Below, one piece after another: positions 62,295 to 64,000 of a stretch of DNA of 64,000 bases. The first letter of the stretch is position 1. Every line of letters begins with the position of its first letter. A program made the translations under genes and the position numbers. The notes beneath the pieces are model-generated. The model was not told the origin of the DNA. It made no database searches and was given only the letters and a program-made list of their open reading frames with translations. Source of the DNA: Podarcis erhardii (lineage: Eukaryota); the NCBI GenBank assembly GCA_964252035.1, contig OZ176204.1. One strand, written 5' to 3'.

Positions 62295-64000
62295 ATACTG
62301 GATCCAGGATGGACTTAATGAGTTTCTGCTGGTACCTTATCACTTGCAAATACTAACTGAAGCTCAAAGCAAGCATAGATGGATCTGGGCATAGGGGAAT
62401 TGGGATCAAGGGACAGCCGGACCAAAAGAGCTCAGCCTAGGGGGGAATGCCTGCAGAGCAAGAGGGAAAATCCTCAGCCCTGTTTCTAGAACCCCTGAGA
62501 ATGTACAGAATGCATTTCCTTCAATGAACACCAATCACAAAATGTTCCAAGAAATCTGAAATGAGGGGCAAGGATTAACCAGCCACATGCCTGAAAGCAA
62601 AACATGCATCTTCAGCAAGTTTGGGTTGTTGTTGCTGTTTTAAATGACTCTAGTAATTGAAATGTGATAGAATAATGAGGCACTCAGTTACATCTGCTGA
62701 AGATGGAAAAGGAACAGGCAGGTTCAGCACATCTCTAGTCCTTATGAACAAGGGTCAGGGACTGAACACATTCCCAAGTCTTCTCCAACCCTTTAGGCTG
62801 TGAGCAATGATTTGCATTCACAGAGGGTGGGCAAAATATAGTGAAACAACTTCAATTGTCACATAATTTAGGTCTATCCAATCCTCAAAACAAACCTTTT
62901 GATTAAAAGTAATAAATTTTCTTCTCAGCCCTACACAGGACACAAAATAGCTCAAGAGAGGCTCAAAAGCATATTGTAAGCTTCTTGTGTGAGCAAAACC
63001 TACAGATAAGGCCTCAGAACATGAGTAGATTAACAGCTAAAGGATTCACTGGGCTTCTCTAACTACTTTCTCTGGAATATTATTCTCATTCAGCTCAAGA
63101 ACGCTGCTGTAGGATAAGGGACCCTCCAGAGTGGTGTTTTATTGTGGGTGTATTTTGTAGCATGTTCTTAACACAATAATAGTGCATTAGTGGTAGATTT
63201 ATTCCACCTTATTAGTGTTCTGTTATGGTTCCCCAATGCCGCCACATTATTGCTGGACAAAAAGGAAAGAAGAACATTTGTGATATAAAAAGTTATGGGA
63301 TTTCAGCAGGATATGGGAGTTACAGGATATGAAGCTGTGTAACCATCCCAAAATGTTTGCAGGTGCAAACAGTCTTGAAAGTGGGATTGTGCCCTGATAG
63401 CACAATGAGCGCAAATTATACTAAATGCAGAATAAAATGGACAAGTTATTTGTAGGTCTGCAGCTTTACTGAGCCTGCTAAAACAGGGTTGGTTAAGTAA
63501 GCAGTTTTAACCTAGTTCAGTCAGAAATAACTATGATGCTGAAGTCTGGAGTTCTGTCATCATTACATTGCACATTTAGCTATGTTCCATAAAGGAGCAG
63601 GTACCAGAATATATACACAGTATTTTAAGAAACAGGGAGGCGTTCAGCTCTTTATGGCATCCAGCTTCATTGATTAAATGCTATGTAATTTAGAGCAATT
63701 CTGCAGCCTGTCTACTAGCTTAATAAATGGCTGCTGCTTAGCAACAGCAATGATTACATTCTGCTTTTGCTAACTGTTCTAATACTGACCAAGTTTATTA
63801 ATCTGAATCAACAAAGGACAAGTGATGAAGTTCTCTGAGAAAATTTCAGGGCACTTAACCTTCTCATTCTTGAATATATATACTTAATCAGTCCAGCTCA
63901 GCATCATAGTGTGTCCCAATTATACCAGATCATCAGCACATCATTCTGTGACTGGGCACACCCTATTCTACATAAAAGGAAGCAATAGCACACAATGAAC

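Larger units (their letters stand above)
1..64000 (-). other. EPHB1: Internal part of an Eph receptor B1 gene: two coding exons, one complete intron and parts of two flanking introns
   Basis: Two spliceable exons encode Eph cysteine-rich and FN3 segments in the correct order on the minus strand. Flanking exons were not seen by eye; a short exon could be missed. Confidence 0.9.

Overview
Vertebrate genomic DNA, almost certainly squamate and probably a lacertid lizard, judged from Sauria-type SINEs and lizard-type L2, CR1 and MITE families. The window lies inside an Eph receptor gene on the minus strand that I identify as EPHB1. Two coding exons are present: 27107-26952 (156 nt, cysteine-rich EGF-like region) and 16035-15700 (336 nt, first FN3 domain). 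Both have canonical AG/GTAAG sites and phase 1-1 boundaries. I did not find the neighbouring exons, so the rest appears intronic. It is filled with SINEs, L2/CR1/L1/RTE fragments, Tc1/mariner-, hAT- and Harbinger-type MITEs, solo LTRs, microsatellites, one 131-N gap and several repeat-free blocks that look like enhancers. The most unusual observation is that two clear solo LTRs, and one degraded candidate, each carry a reading frame starting at the LTR 5' edge. The frames encode a similar layout: acidic (two are Trp-rich), then Ser/Pro-rich, then basic. This suggests an LTR-encoded accessory ORF. Other leads are inverted MITE copies bracketing the two exons (possible in-frame circRNA), an FN3-like motif remnant 460 nt into the downstream intron, and multi-layer nested transposons. 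Exon numbers and repeat family names come from recall, not database searches.
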